Positions 12,030-27,011 of a DNA stretch of 64,000 nt are shown here, one piece after another. The position numbers were made by a program, and so were the translations under genes. Source of the DNA: Eledone cirrhosa (taxonomy: Eukaryota); contig OZ024745.1 of the NCBI GenBank assembly GCA_964016885.1, forward strand, positions 126,356,001 to 126,420,000, read 5' to 3'. Every line of letters begins with the position of its first letter. Positions within the stretch are counted from its first letter, which is position 1. The notes beneath the pieces are model-generated. The model made no database searches and was not told the origin of the DNA. It saw nothing but the letters and a program-made list of their open reading frames with translations.

Positions 12030-13260
12030 TATTTGATAAATACCTCCTTCAACAGTGTCATTCACAACTTTCAGAGCTTTAACAGATCTTTGATATCGTC
12101 GTCAGAACAAAAATCCAAATTGTTTAGGAAAATGACGAGAAGATGGAAAAAAATATTTGTTTTCTTCGTAACGAAATCATTCAGTTCTTTGTTGACGAAA
12201 GTCATTCTTTTCCTTTCGACCTTCTTTTTCTCTTCTTTTGTTAGATTTTGGAACATGTTTTTCATCTTATCCTTTCTAAGTCTTTCCTCAAAGAAAGCCA
12301 AGGCTACTAACTCTTCACACAAATACTATTAGTGACGTCGAAGGACAGTCTCTGCCACAGTTAAGATATGTTGGTCAGGATATCTTGGTAGCAGCTTCAT
12401 CAAATCGAGATCATTCTTTGGAATCCATCTGGGAAGCATTGCCTCGTTCCAGAATTTTGGAAGCAAGCGACTTTTTGTAGATCTCTCAACTTAAGTTGTT
12501 CTTTGAACATAATTATCTTGATCATATATATGACCTTAGCCATCCAATAAGCTTCTGGGACCGAGGATAACTGGGGAGATGGCTAACCACAACGATAGAG
12601 AAGAGAGATTTTACAAACTCGGCATAGTCTTCTCGGGGATGGTATCCAGAGCCGTACAGTCAGTAGATATCCAACTATCTCCTCCCTTTTTTTGCTTGTA
12701 ATAATCTTCTATAGGCTCATTATCGTCCAGGATTGTTTGATAATGAGACTTATCTATGGCGTCCCAAATTTCCTGGAACTTTTTTCACAGTAGGAGACCG
12801 GGACCAGATGATGGGTAAAAGATCACAAAGACTTTCTTCAAAACCAGTTCAAGAATGTGATGGTGGCAAACCAGCCACAAGTTGCGTTTTTCAGAGTTAC
12901 TTTAGTTTTTGTATTGGCTCCTTGGTGCATACCGGTGTTACTGGTGGTGGTGTCGAAAAACATACCAATTATTCTATCCTCAATTTTGAGTCTTTGGATT
13001 TCCTTCAAAACGATTTCAACAACTATTGGCTCGTTCCATCTCTTACAAGCAAAAAACATATGAGCTCATCCTTTCCTTTTCCTGTAACTAAAACTGCAAT
13101 CCGATCTTCGAGCGTGCTGGATCGAGAAGCCGATGGTAATAATTCTCCACCCTTGTGGGATCTGTCTTCGAGTGGGAAAGTAGATAACTCAATTTCCTGA
13201 GTCATTTTCTCACGGTGACTGGTTCTAGCTCGATAAACAGGAAGAGTAATGTTGTGGTAC
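12030..13260 (-). pseudogene. Decayed DNA transposase, hAT-superfamily-like
   Basis: EDRIAVLVTG, IIGMFFDTTTSNTGMHQGA, CEELVALAFF, LNDFVTKKTNIFF in separate frames. Confidence 0.7.
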
Positions 13261-13476
13261 TTATGCCTATCTTAAGACACACTTGCGATGTAAATGAACT
13301 GGAATGCTAACAAATGAAAATAAGAAAAAGATAAACCAGTACGCAATGTAAACCCACACGTCAATAACGCTTTAATTAGGGCATTTATGACAGATGAACT
13401 TTAGAATATCATGCCTTGACGCAATAGTATTTAGATTGTGATGTTTATCGTTGCTCTGTTTGTGTTTTAATATATA

Positions 13477-13647
13477 CTAGCAGAATGGCCCGGCGTTGCT
13501 CGGGATTTGTTCTCGGATTCTTATATATTTGATATATATTTATCCTTATCGAGACTCGTGAAATAAATACGTTTGTTTATATTTTGTTATTGTGTATGCA
13601 AAAATAAAATATCTGTACACGAATATATATATATATATATATGTATG

Positions 13648-13726
<79 letters not shown>

Positions 13727-14178
13727 TAAAATAACAGATTAAAGTTTAAGCAAAGAATCGCTGCTTTCATCCTTAACGGGATCTTCTGAAAGTAAAAAAA
13801 ATCAATCTGTGAACGCAGAAGTAAATATTTCGAAATACGTTACACACTACATATATATACACACAGACTATATATACATATACACACAAACAGCGTCATA
13901 ATGTGGTAATGCAGACAGCCAGACATACAGACATATATTATATGGGCGCAACGTTATATCTATGTATCTATCTAAAAAGAAAGACTAAGAATTATAGAGA
14001 GAGATCGCTAAATCGCCTAATCCGGTCTCTAGGACATTGAAAATTTGAAATATCTTTCGCTGAAAACACTCACAAGACCATAAGTATTACATGTGTAAAG
14101 TTTGAAAACAATCGGTTGGGTGGTTCTCGAGTTTTAGGGAGTCAGACCGACAGACATTCTCTGTTTTAGATGTATAGA
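13477..14178 (-). mobile_element. Non-autonomous Helitron
   Basis: Minus strand starts TC, ends with hairpin CCCG-agcaacgc-CGGG then CTAG; lies between A and T with no TSD. Confidence 0.8.
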
Positions 14179-14990
14179 TAAATAATATAATATATACTAT
14201 GTATAAATATGATATATTTTTTATTTTACTATATTCATATATAATATGTATCATTTGATATTTAATATACTATTATATCATTTATACTGCTTCCCTCCAC
14301 CACCTTATGCCCCAGCACCACATGGACCTTCTCAACGCCCCCTGGGTAATGGTAGCGCCCACTTTGAGAACCTCTGACTTAAACTATAAAGTTGCGTATC
14401 ATCTCCATACGTGGCAAATTGGATGAGTCATTAGTGCGCTAGATAGAATACTTTATCATATTTGTTCTGGTTCTGTGTGTCATAAGTTCAAATCCCGTGG
14501 AGGCCAACTTCGTATTTCATTCTTTCGAAGTCAATAAAAAAAAGTATCAATCCAATACTGGAGACGGTCTTTCCTCAATACTGAATGTACGGGCTCTTGC
14601 ATACATACAATACCATCTCTAAATCTACCCGATATACACATCGTATATCATCGCATCATCCCTAATGTTTTTCAATATATAATTCCCAAATCTTACACAA
14701 TCCTCACCCCCAAGACTGCAGTCCGCTGCCCACGCTTTTCCTACATTGAATCAACCTAGAATGTGTCAACTTGTACAGAAGCTACACTAAATAAACTGAA
14801 ACGTTATAGGAACACAACGGGAGGAAGCACGATAATCACTGAAGATGACACATATATGTGTAACGAAAGAATTTTGTGATACCACATTTTTAACTGTTGG
14901 TCGATTAATGATAAACATTGATTTCCAGCTAAATTATTTAGAGAAATATAAAAATACTCTGAAGTGAACCAAACCAAACAGTGAGTGTGT

Positions 14991-15021
<31 letters not shown>

Positions 15022-15784
15022 GCAATATTAGGGCAATAATGTTGTCACCAAAACAGCAACTTAGTTGCGAATGAAGAAAAAAAGCTTAAGCAACACTTTC
15101 AATACTAACTCCCCCACCTACAAAAATACAACACCCACGGCCAACAAGAAAAAATGAAATGTGTCAATCGCCAGAGCGGACTAAGGAATCAATATCTTCT
15201 TTGCTGATAATATATGGCGGTCGGAACTCAACCTGAAAAAAGTATTTCGTTGAAGAATTCAACGCACTATCCGGACGAGGAATCAAACTCACGGCTTCGT
15301 GATTGTGTGTCTAAAGCCGTAACCACTATCACACATGTAACAACAGTTAGAGTGTTAAGAAAAGAATTCAGTTTAGGCAGTCTGTGAAAGACACATCTAG
15401 ACGTTCTGATATGACGGTGCTATATATAGAACCAGACGACAGAGTTGTTATCACTGTTAAACATCTCGAAAATCTAACAAGTTGACTTTTACTTTACTCT
15501 TTCTTTCTCAAATAAATAAATAAATAAGGAAATAATTCTCCCCAATAAAAACACTGATAACAAAAAAAAAAAAAAAAAAAACATGTATCAGAAAGCTAAC
15601 AAAAACAAAAACAAATTTTAAATAACATTTTTCCTTGCTGGGTGTTTTGCCCTCAGACATTAATTTTATTCTTTCTCTTTGTATTTACAGTTAATGTATG
15701 TTTTTTTCTTTATTTAGTCCACCTGCTCTCTTGTAGAAACGTGGAAAATAGGAGGTTATGATAGTCATGAATTTGCCAAAGATA

Positions 15785-15818
15785 TTAGGTTAGGGTTAGG
15801 GTTAAGGTTAGGGTTAAG
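15785..15818 (+). repeat. Short interstitial (TTAGGG)n-like tract
   Basis: ttagg ttaggg ttaggg ttaagg ttaggg ttaag. Confidence 0.8.
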
Positions 15819-15920
15819 AAGTGAAGAGAAATGGGTTTAACTGCTTTGAAAAGACAGCTTATCGTAGTTTTCTTTATTTTTTTCAATCTAAATCAAAATT
15901 TCTGCTTTACAGCAATCATT

Positions 15921-16221
15921 GCCGAGGTGATTTTTGCCTTTCATCCTTACGGGATCGATAAAATAAAGCACCAGTAATGCACTGGGATAATTGATGGCCT
16001 TGTGCCAAAAGTAGAAACAATTACTATCAAAAAGGCGGTGGATTAGCAGTATCGGTAGAGAGTCAGACACCATGCTTTGTAGTTTAGAGTTACGGCCCTG
16101 TACAGTCTGAGTTCAAATCCCGTCGAGGTTAACTTTGCCTTTCATCCTTACGGGGTCGATAAAATAAAGTACCAGTAATGTACTGAGTAATTGCTGGCCT
16201 TGTGCCAAAAGTAGAAACAAT
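15921..16221 (+). mobile_element. Two tandem Meta-domain-type SINEs, first 5'-truncated
   Basis: Match to the family consensus seen in this window. Confidence 0.9.
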
Positions 16222-16224
16222 ATA

Positions 16225-19200
16225 TAGAAGAGGAGCAAGCTTCTGTTGCTTGTAAGCAACTGAACACGCCTGACGTCACAAACGTCACATATATCCACAC
16301 ACAGAAGGAAGAATGTGTAGCAAATACTAACACCACCACAATCAACAACAACAACAGCACAATAAATGAGAACAACAACAATACAACAAAAGGAATCAGC
16401 AGCAACACAACGAATGAGACCATCATCACCACCAACAACAATAGCAATAACAAAATTTCATTTGCAGCAACTATTGCTAAGCAACAGGATTTTAAATATT
16501 ACCCCATGGACATTTCACAAAAGTCCCAATATTTGGAAGAAGCTTCCAGCTATGTGACGTTTGAGGGAGATACCCCACACATACACATACCCCCAACAAA
16601 TAAGAGAAATGACACAAAAAAACTGATCTACAGAACAGGGGACATAACTACTAAAAAACCCTTAACACTTCCAACAAGCACTATTGAAGCTGCATTAAAA
16701 GACATCATGCCAGACGTGGCATACCTTCAAAGAGCCAAACAGTATGGAAGTGTATCAGTGCTCATTAAGAGCAAAACTCGGGCTCAAAAACACTCAGTGC
16801 ACCCAATAAAAACGGGTCAACACATCTTCTTCTCCACATACATGGGAAGAAGAACCTACAAATTAAAAATAAGCAGAATCCCAGCAGAGGTCAATATATG
16901 GTGGATACTACGCTGCATCCCGAAGAAGGTTGAGGACACCCTCATATCTGCAGACAGGACAGACCGGAATAACTGGTTTTGAACCTGCATCGAAGTTCTG
17001 GTACAAATGAAGCCAGAGAGAATGGAAAAAATCCAGGAAAAAATCATCCTCGAAGATGTTATCTCCATTTTAGTGAAAAACACCTCAGTGCCATAAGTGT
17101 GGGAAAACCACACACTTAAAGGCTTTTTTTCCTCTCTAAAATAAACAAGGTGCTACTGCCAACAGCAAAACCCCAACATCAACACCCCAAACCAAACACA
17201 ACAACACAAAAACTTGCAGCATCCACTCCCACACCACCACAGACCAGAGACAATACACAAAATCCCACTGAAAAACCCTCCCTTGCCTCCTCCCTCTCTG
17301 TCAAATACTTCGACAAACACCTGCACAAACACTCCACTACACAACATATACTTCCCATCTAGCCCTGATTCAGAAGTCTCAGACACGGGAATCTCTACAT
17401 CTCCAAGTGAGGATGAAAAGGAACCCCAAAAATCTAAAAAAACAAAAAAGAGACGGAAAAAACACAAAAGCAAAAACACAGAAAACACGTACACATCCAA
17501 CCCCAAACATACCACCACAATCACAAACCCCAACCACAAAAAGAAAACTACAAACAGAAACAGTACACATACAACAAACAAAGAACTGGTTGAAACTGTC
17601 GGAAAGGACTCCACATTCCAAACGGAGGAGAAAACATTCCCCCACCAACAACCCACCCCCAAACCTTGAACTAATCATGGTAACAACCCTACAATACGAA
17701 ACAACAAAAGGGAAATTCCCACGTGATGTGGGCCTCCCTTGCCAAAAACCCCTTAACCGTGTCCTGCTAAAAGGATTCTCTCCCTCCCCAAACTCACCCA
17801 ATCTGGACATGTAGATCGAACAACCCGACCTCCAGGAAACTAAAAGGTAAATGCTCCTGCCTTTTCTTTCTCCAACTCTTCTTTACCAACATGGCGACTA
17901 TACAAGTTGGATGTTTGAACGTACGTGTCCTGGCATGCCCTGGAAACGGGGCATGTTTTTAAATGATCTCAGGTCACATTGTATAGATGTGATAGCCATT
18001 ACTAAGTCCAGGATGCACGACAAGCAGCAGCAAACCCACATGTTCGATGATTTTGAGATCTACGCATCTCCCTGTCAGTCAGGAGGTGTAGGGGGAGTTG
18101 CTGTTCTGTTTCGAAAAAGCCTGGATCTCAAAGTCCAGACGATTCACTTAGACCCGGAGGACAGCTTGGTGGTCCTGAACGGAAATGGTAGTGAAGGTGG
18201 AGCTTTCAGACTGGTGTCCGTATATGCCCCGACTGGGACATCGCGACCAGAGTTCTTCAAGCGTCTGGAGTCATTCCTGGGAACCTATCGCTCTTTAGTG
18301 TTATCGGGAGACTGGAATGACATCTTAGACTCACATTGGGACTATGTAGGAGCTTGTAATAAGAGAGGTGGGGTGTAATAGCCTCAAAAATCTCATCAGC
18401 CAATTCGAACTGGCTGATAGATATCGACTAGATTTCCCAAGTGCACCACTGTGAAAATGGAGCAACCGCACTGGGTCTTCTAAAGTGTATTTAGATAGAT
18501 TTCTAATTAGACAGAATAATAAGGAAACATTAAACTGCCCACAAATGCACATGGTTGCCTATTCAGACCACAAATTAGTCACCTGCATAGTCAACCTTGA
18601 TAGAACACATAGACGGGGACCCAGATACTGGAAGCTAAACATGTCGCTCCCGGCGCGTAAGACCTACAGTAAACGGATTAGTACCTTAGTTAAGAGCCAA
18701 TTGATGGGGGCCATTGTCAACAACAAGTGGTGGAGCTCTCTCAAGAGAGCAATTAGAGTAGACTCGATAGCATTTAGCAAAGAAGTAGCTTTAGAAAAGA
18801 ACAAAACTGAAAAGGAACTGGTAGCTAAAGTAGAAGAGGCATTTAAGAATGGCAGTACATCTGACGTGCTAGCGGCGAGAACGACACTAGACCAGTTCTT
18901 CAACGTGAAACACGAAGGTTGTATTGTCAGTAGAACACGTACTCTAAGAAACCAGGAAGCCAAAGCTGTTAGCTGGGCCCGAGTGGCAGAAACGAAAAGT
19001 GGCAACAAATCCACAATTCGGTCTTTGCAAAACAAAGATGGACGCATTCTATTTGAATCCAAGCAGATGTGCACGGCCTTCCAGCAGCACTTTACACAAC
19101 TGTTCGGGCAAAGCGGTACGTCGAGCGAGGTGATGGACTTCAGTTCCTACTTCGACGGCCTGCCGCGACTCTCGAGTACGCATGCAGAGAGCTGCGAAAG

Positions 19201-19530
19201 GCCGATCACAGCGGGCGAAATAGAAGATGCCCTAGGCCGCTGTGGGAAACGCAAATCCCCCGGTTTAAAAGGTCTATCCTATGAGTTTTACACAGGCATG
19301 CCGGACTTGTTCTCTGGCGTCCTCGAAGCGGTCTACTGCAAATGGCAGCAGAACGGGAGAATTCACAGTTCTGTAGGCAGAGGCGTAGTGACGCTGATCC
19401 GGAAAGATGAGAACAAAGGGGATGAGATAAGCAATTTCAAGCCCTTAACTCTGCTCAACACAGAGTTAAAGCTTTTGGCCAAGCTGTTAGCTGGCGCTTG
19501 TCGTCGAGAACCTGGTAGGGGAAGCGTTCA
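16225..19530 (+). mobile_element. L1/Tx1-like LINE: ORF1, APE endonuclease and start of RT; 3' part missing
   Basis: ORF2 ATG at 17891 (MATIQVGCLNVR), VYAP, GDWN, YLDRF, SDH, YWKLN, KSPG..G..YEFY, NFKPLTLLNTELK; disrupted. Confidence 0.92.
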
Positions 19531-19535
19531 AATCT

Positions 19536-19650
19536 CGTTCAAATCCCGCCGAAGTTAACTTAGCCTTTCATCCTTACGGGGTCGATAAAATAAAGTACTA
19601 GTAATACACTGGTAATTGCTGGCCTTGTGCCAAAATTAGAAAGAATTATA
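19536..19650 (+). mobile_element. Meta-domain-type SINE, 5'-truncated, at the LINE breakpoint
   Basis: Begins at the B box gttcaaatcccgccg. Confidence 0.9.
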
Positions 19651-19712
19651 TTTCTAATATAGTATCAAATATTGTTTGCTGGACTATAAATTGGATATTT
19701 ACTGAGATCAAA

Positions 19713-19773
<61 letters not shown>

Positions 19774-20039
19774 CTATCTGTCTGTCTGTCTCTCTGTCTA
19801 TCTGTTTTAGTATAGAGTTGCATAACTGCTACCAATTGGCCTGCACATTGATAATTTTGCTCCCTGAAAGGACCTTAAAACAATGGATTCACTAACTACT
19901 TCACCTTGTCTTATACGTTCATTGTTTAACATTATATAGATGGTAAAAAGTGCCCTTAGATCATGGATGACCATGGGATATGCCCCTAGATAGTTACCCT
20001 CCGAAGCACAAACCCAGGTATGTTGTTTTGGAAGACCAT

Positions 20040-20250
20040 ACATACCAGTCTCCACTCTATCCCAGGAAAAGACAATGGCCGATACAACTTGGCACCAGTG
20101 ACGTTACAGCTCGTTTCTACAGCTGAGTGTACTAAAGCAACACGAAATGAAGCGCCTTGCTCAAGGATACAACGCAAAACCCGGTCCGGGAATCGAACTC
20201 ACATCCTCACGATTGCGAATCCAACTAACTAACTACAAAGATTCGCAACT
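20040..20250 (-). mobile_element. CORE-type SINE
   Basis: Reverse-complement similarity to 26376-26660. Confidence 0.75.
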
Positions 20251-20888
20251 TCACCATAACACTATTTATACAATTACATATATATACCTACATATATACA
20301 TACATACACACACACACATATACATATATATGTGTGTGTGTATTATGTATGTATGGGGTAGCCATACGTATACGAGCAGAAATATTGTTTCAAGCGAATA
20401 TTTAAAGTGCTGAAGAAGAGATTAAAATCTAAAACAGGAAAGAAAAATATAAATGGCTGTTAGGCTATTGACCCAATCTTCTCTTTTTTAAATAAAACTA
20501 ATTTTAATAGTCTGATATCCTCGGTTCTAATGTTTTGAAACCTCAAAATTTTGGATTCAGAAAAAGATAAAATTTTTTACATTCTTAAAATTTATTCAAC
20601 GTAATAACAATTTTATACATCGGAAGTAAGATTAAATTTGTGCTGAAGAAATAATAATCGAATTTTGAATTCCTATAATTTATATTATCGATCTCTGTGT
20701 AGTGACAATTTGACCTCGGTGGAACTGAATAGAATTGAAGACCATAAAGTGTTTAGTTTGTGCTCAACCCTTTCAGATATTTTATAAATATTTCTATCAT
20801 AAGCAAGCAGGTAACAAAAGGTGAAATATGTACTACTAACGAATGAAACACTGAATAATTCTAAGCGATATTATTTTCACCCACGCTG

Positions 20889-21108
20889 AAGGCGGTGGAT
20901 TGGCAGAAACGGTAGAGCGTCGGACACTCTGTGCCGTAGAGTTAAGGCCCTTTACATTCTGAGTTCGAATCCCACCGAGATCGGCTTCAGCTTTAGCTTT
21001 TAACATTACGGGGTCGATAAAATAAAGTACCAGTAACGTACTGGTGTCGATATAATCGAATTTCCCCTCCCCCAAAATTGCTGGTCTTGTGCCTATAGTA
21101 GATTATTT
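20889..21108 (+). mobile_element. Meta-domain-type SINE, long-tail variant
   Basis: Full head and tail containing gtcgatataatcga. Confidence 0.88.
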
Positions 21109-21543
21109 TCACCTACGCTCTATTTCACTTTAACCAGGGAACCTGACATGGTTTATTAAGAGCTCAGGCAAACCTACCTAGGTGTGAGCTGTACATTTCA
21201 AGTTGTTTTTTTTATGTCATCCCTGTGTATTTGTGTGTCTATATGTATATATTTTGATACGTGTGTATATATATGACCACCGTTCTCGGTAGAAGGTTGC
21301 AGGGGCGTGAATGTCGGATCGAGTAAAAGAACTAGTTTAGGCAGAGCTATAGGTGAAGGCATGTCTCTGTGGTTAAGGTGTTCGTTTCACAACTACGTCT
21401 TTCTGGGTTCATTCCCGCTGAAGAGGATTGTAAGAACAACTACTTTTTAAACCATCAGCTTACGGCTGGCCTTGCCGAATATTATAAATAAAATTAGAAT
21501 CTTATTTCTCACCCTAGCACAGCTGATATATAGATGTAAGTAT

Positions 21544-21600
<57 letters not shown>

Positions 21601-21610
21601 ATATATATAT

Positions 21611-22312
<702 letters not shown>

Positions 22313-22347
22313 CATATGTATATGTATATATGTATATATATATATAC

Positions 22348-22471
<124 letters not shown>

Positions 22472-22861
22472 GTATATGTGTACGTGTGCATACTTACATA
22501 AATACATATATATATATATATACATATATACATACTTATATGCATACTTACATAAATATATTTCATTTAACTTAAATCTGCTCTCCAAACAAACAAGTCT
22601 ATCCGATCGATTTTTAAGTCTCTTATAGGGCTACGCCCTTGATAAAGGGTTTTTAAACCTGAAAATATTTGAGATCGTTAAATTTGCTCAGGTAAGATTC
22701 TTTTGTTATCTTGGCAATTTAACATTCTTCATACGCATTGTTTTGGTTTGCAAAATTTAAATTTGTGTTTCCTACTCAACAATGCTTCAAGCAAGCTGCA
22801 AAATTCTGTTATAAATACACACATATTTATATACACATATACAAATACATACATATATCAA

Positions 22862-23307
22862 TGATGACTGGCCCTCTCGTTATCGAGTATGGCCATTGCA
22901 CGATATACCATTATTAATAATTATTAATTAATTCTATCGTGCAATGCCTGTGCGTGAAGATATATTTTTAAGTGAGGAAAGACTGTGCACTGAGCCAATC
23001 CCACTCTCTGAGTGACAGTAGCTATAACCCGAAAAGAAGAAAAGATCAACATCATCGGTAACTACTGAGCCGCAGGTTTTATATCGGAGTTATCCCAGTT
23101 CCCTGAGTTGCCTTCTGCTAGAAGAATGCCCTGACAAAGGCTAGGGGTCCTTCACTCCCAGTGGTTTAACCGCGTGATCGGGTGTCCAGCCCGACTATTT
23201 CTATGTCCCCGCGCATATACATACATATGTACATTTGTATATACATATTTACATACATTTGGATGGCCGTTGACTCTTTTGAGTTCTTCCACCCTTTGTC
23301 AGGTTTT
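22862..23307 (-). mobile_element. Non-coding RTE-derived element, 5'-truncated
   Basis: Highly similar to 32572-32965; contains gggcattcttctag.agaaggcaact resembling RTE 5' UTRs. Confidence 0.7.
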
Positions 23308-23338
23308 ATATATATACACACAGACATAGATACATAAG

Positions 23339-23430
23339 TACAGGACTAGATCTGTTTCATCTGGTGATGAAATCGTCAGAAATATTTCTAATGATTTCAT
23401 CATCGAATGAGACAAAATTAGTTCTATAAA
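23339..23430. mobile_element. Decayed fold-back hammerhead element, family C
   Basis: Palindrome centred on agaaat|atttct; minus strand CUGACGA...GAAACAG..CUGUA with stem I lost. Confidence 0.6.
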
Positions 23431-23460
23431 AGTCACCTCTCAATGATATGTATACGTGTG

Positions 23461-23508
<48 letters not shown>

Positions 23509-23513
<5 letters not shown>

Positions 23514-23700
23514 TTAATATAGATGAGATTCTACAGGACTAGAACTGTTTCATTCATTAGAAATCATCATGAATCTCATGAATCTAATGAATGAAACAGT
23601 TCTAGTCCTGTAGAATCTCATCTATATTAAAACTATTATACTCTGCTATGTATTGAGTACCTTACTTACTGTGGTTACCTCCGATTCAACCCGGAATAAC

Positions 23701-23701
<1 letters not shown>
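23509..23701 (+). mobile_element. Fold-back hammerhead mini-element family C in (TA)n
   Basis: Arms about 23509-23561 and 23583-23635 plus unique tail to 23701. Confidence 0.88.
23523..23579 (-). ncRNA. Type I hammerhead, C3 changed to A
   Basis: AUGAGAUUC AUGAUGA UUUCUAAUGAAU GAAA CAG uucuaguc CUG UA GAAUCUCAU; 9-bp stem I. Confidence 0.75.
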
Positions 23702-23752
<51 letters not shown>

Positions 23753-24129
23753 GTATATATATATATATTATATATATATACATATATATACATATGTATA
23801 TATATATATATGAACATAAAATGTAGCACCACTAATGCACTGGGGTCGATTTAATCGACTTTCCCCTCCCCACAAATTGCTTGCCTTGTGCCTATAGTAG
23901 AAATCATTATTTATATTATTTATATTATTATATCAAGACGTGATTTACATCGCTCCTGTAAGTTTGTTCTATTTTCTCAGTTACTCATCCTTTTGCATTG
24001 AAATGTTGTTATTGTTTTGAAGTTAAGCGAGTCAGTATCTTAGTGAGTTGTGTAGTTAAACTCTACCTGAAGCACTTAGGGTTTAAAACTATGTTTGTTT
24101 TTCAAACTCAGCTCTCAATTTTCTGCGAA

Positions 24130-25130
24130 AATTAAGATCTCGGACTAAGACGTTCCGTTCGCTAAACGGAATGGCGGGCTTTCCGTAGAGTGGAACAGCC
24201 AAAATTCTGAAAAATATGACATCAGCAGCAGCAGCAGCAACCAAAACTTATCTCGTGCAGATGAAGCTCTGCCAATGTGTTTTACAACTGTCCCCACAGT
24301 CGCTGCCAACACCACTGGCACTACCCACCCCCATCACTGCAACAAATGAAACGAAAAACAAAATTAAAACTAACACAAATGACAGCGATGACACAATTGA
24401 GAACAACAACATGAACAACAAGACCAACAACAACACCAACAACGACAACAACAACACCAACAATGAGAATAGGAATGACGGCGACAAGACGAACGACACC
24501 ACCAGCACCAGCAACAACAATAGCAACAACAACAGTAAATTCGCAGCCGTGACTACAAAATGTAGACAATTCATTCAAGTTGATATTTCAGACAAGAAAG
24601 GAAGTTTGGCCAACCTAACCACCCGGCCGAAGTAATTGTAGCAAAGAAGGACACTGATTTATAGATGCATTTCAGTGCAAAACAGTAAAGCGGAACTGCT
24701 CCAACCCCAATCTCATGTGGGGCAGCACTGAAATCCATCAGAGAGGACGTGGAGTACATAGTAAGAGCCAGACAGTTCCGCACCATCGGTGCTGTTGAAA
24801 ACTGAGATCCATGCCATAAAACACTCGGCGACCCCCCCCCCCCCCCTGTATAAACGGACCACATTATCCTGTGGAAATGGTCAGCTGATCCATTTATTGT
24901 CAACACCCACTGCATGGAGGACTCGGCATGCCGTGGATGATGATGAGCAAACATGCGCCGAAGCAACGACATCTCTAGTCTTTCCTTGACGTGAACAGGT
25001 GAGGTTTTCCGTTCGCAAGACGCGTTTTTCGCTAGCTTGTCTCCTTTAGGGAGATGCATTCCTGGGTTAAGCGAAGGCCGGAAGGGGGGAGCGCTTGACA
25101 AATTGAATGTCTTTAAGTGTCCAACTATGG
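24130..25130 (+). mobile_element. Internally deleted L1/Tx1-like LINE
   Basis: ORF1-like AALKSIREDVEYIVRARQF (compare AALKDIMPDVAYLQRAKQY at about 16690) joined to ORF2-like CQHPLHGGLGMPW (compare about 53070). Confidence 0.75.
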
Positions 25131-26375
25131 GGTTTTAATCATAGTGAAATAGTTAAGCTATAAGTTAAGCTATAAGTTAAGCATAAGTTCAATTACAGTG
25201 GCACGTTGTGTCATTGAACATGACATTTTATTTCATATTGTATCAGTTCATTCAGTTGGTAAAAATGAATTGTACCTGTGATTTACGGGGCGAACCTGTG
25301 TCCCCTCTGAAAACTACGTTAAGGATGCACGTGTTTGTGGTATTCTCGGCAAGCTAACTTCAACAGCATTGTCGGAAGCGACATGGCATACATACAACCA
25401 AGAGCACGACGTCTGTTTATATTTTATGTCGGACATTACCAACGCATTTAAACTCACAACATGTTGAGTCTACCTGACTCTTATTAGGTACCACAGAGAA
25501 ACATATTTTATTACTGCCAGCTGCGACTGATTTATAAAATTGAAGGGTGAATCGTTTGTTTGCAATGCTAAATTTTCTTCCTATCACGAGTAACTTGCCT
25601 TGTAAAAGTCTGGCATTTTATGCAGCAGAAAAATTGTGAGCCATTTCTCTTAATGCATCAGGTACTTTAAGTAAGCAGCGATTCCACATGCTGAAGAAGT
25701 AATTCAAGGACAAATTATATCAATCACAAGTGGAATATTTGTGCATTTCTCTCATTTATCCATGTACGTATTTTTCTAGATCCCAGATCTCATTCGCTTA
25801 ACGAGTTGGTGGAGCTCGTCCAATCGGACCGAGGAAACAATGTTTCCCTTGGTCTTTCCAATTGCTAATACTATCTGTCGGTCGCAAATCCAGGCAGAAG
25901 AAGCAACGTGAAATAAAGTATCTTGCTCAAGGTCATAACGCATCGCCCGGTATGGCAATCGGACTCACAACCTCACGATTACGAATCCAATTATCTAACC
26001 ACTCTGCCACGCACTTTCACATATGTACGTATATGATCTCCAAATTGAACGGCATATCATGAACTTGTTTAATATCATCATTTCATTACGTTATTAACTA
26101 TTCCCTATACGGGAAGAAAGATCCAGGATTTTTAAAGATCCAATTGGAAAAGAAAAACAAGGAGATTTCAATTGAATTGGTTAGAGTATTGCTGCTAACG
26201 TTCGTAGCTTAATCACTCGTGGAAAGATTTATCCAGAAAACGCTATCCAAACAAATGTACGTTTGGGATGAAAGATTATAAAAACTATTTATTAAACACA
26301 TTTGGTAATGAACAGGAAAGAAACTGAGAGATATGTTAGTGAAAGAAAAAGAGAGTAGAAAATGCTCATATATAT

Positions 26376-26660
26376 GAAGGCTCGTGTCTTGGTGGTTAGA
26401 GCGTTGGGTTTGCAATCGTGAGGTTGAGTGTTCGATTCTCGGTTCGGATGGTGCGTTGTGTCCTTCAACAAGACACTTTATTTCACGTTGCTCAAGTTCA
26501 CTCAGCTGTAGAAATGATATGTGATGTCAATGGTGGCAAGCTGTATCAGCCATTGCCTTTCCCTTGGATAACATCACTGGTGTGGAGAAAGAGACCGGTA
26601 TTCATGGGTGACTGCCGGTCTTGGAAGAGAACTTCCTAGGTGCAAATAAAGAGCATTTAC
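26376..26660 (+). mobile_element. CORE-type SINE, near full length
   Basis: tRNA-like head, then gtgtccttcaacaagacactttatttcacgttgctc..ttcactcagctgtagaaatga. Confidence 0.8.
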
Positions 26661-26851
26661 CCATACCTGTATATATATATATATAACAAGTAGTTTATCT
26701 CTCTACATGGTTGAATACAATAAATGTAATCTGAGTTTTTCGAATATTAATAATAATATTCGATTCGTTTGCAATTATGCAAACACCTCTTTAAAGCCAT
26801 GTCAGTAGAATGACGCCGTCATTCATGCACTTGTGTTGGCATGTAAAAAGA

Positions 26852-26897
26852 ACTGCAGACACTAAAGTTTCTGGTTGTTAGCCTTCATCAGTACAGT
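26852..26897 (-). ncRNA. Type I hammerhead in a family-B-related element (about 26685-27002)
   Basis: ACUGUA CUGAUGA AGGCUAACAACCA GAAA CUUUAGUG UC UGCAGU; core intact, GUC site. Confidence 0.82.
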
Positions 26898-27011
26898 ATA
26901 CTGTCTACCTGCCAACTGTCATAGCTAGTGAAAATATATGAAATCTTTTAAAATATACAGTGACTGATCAGCCTGATATGCATATTAGTAGACTACCTGA
27001 TCATATATATA

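Noticed and set aside
21415-21475. Additional hammerhead (CTGAAGA...TAAACCA..TGG)
   Set aside because: GAAA and UH both altered, stem I absent; overlaps a SINE head.
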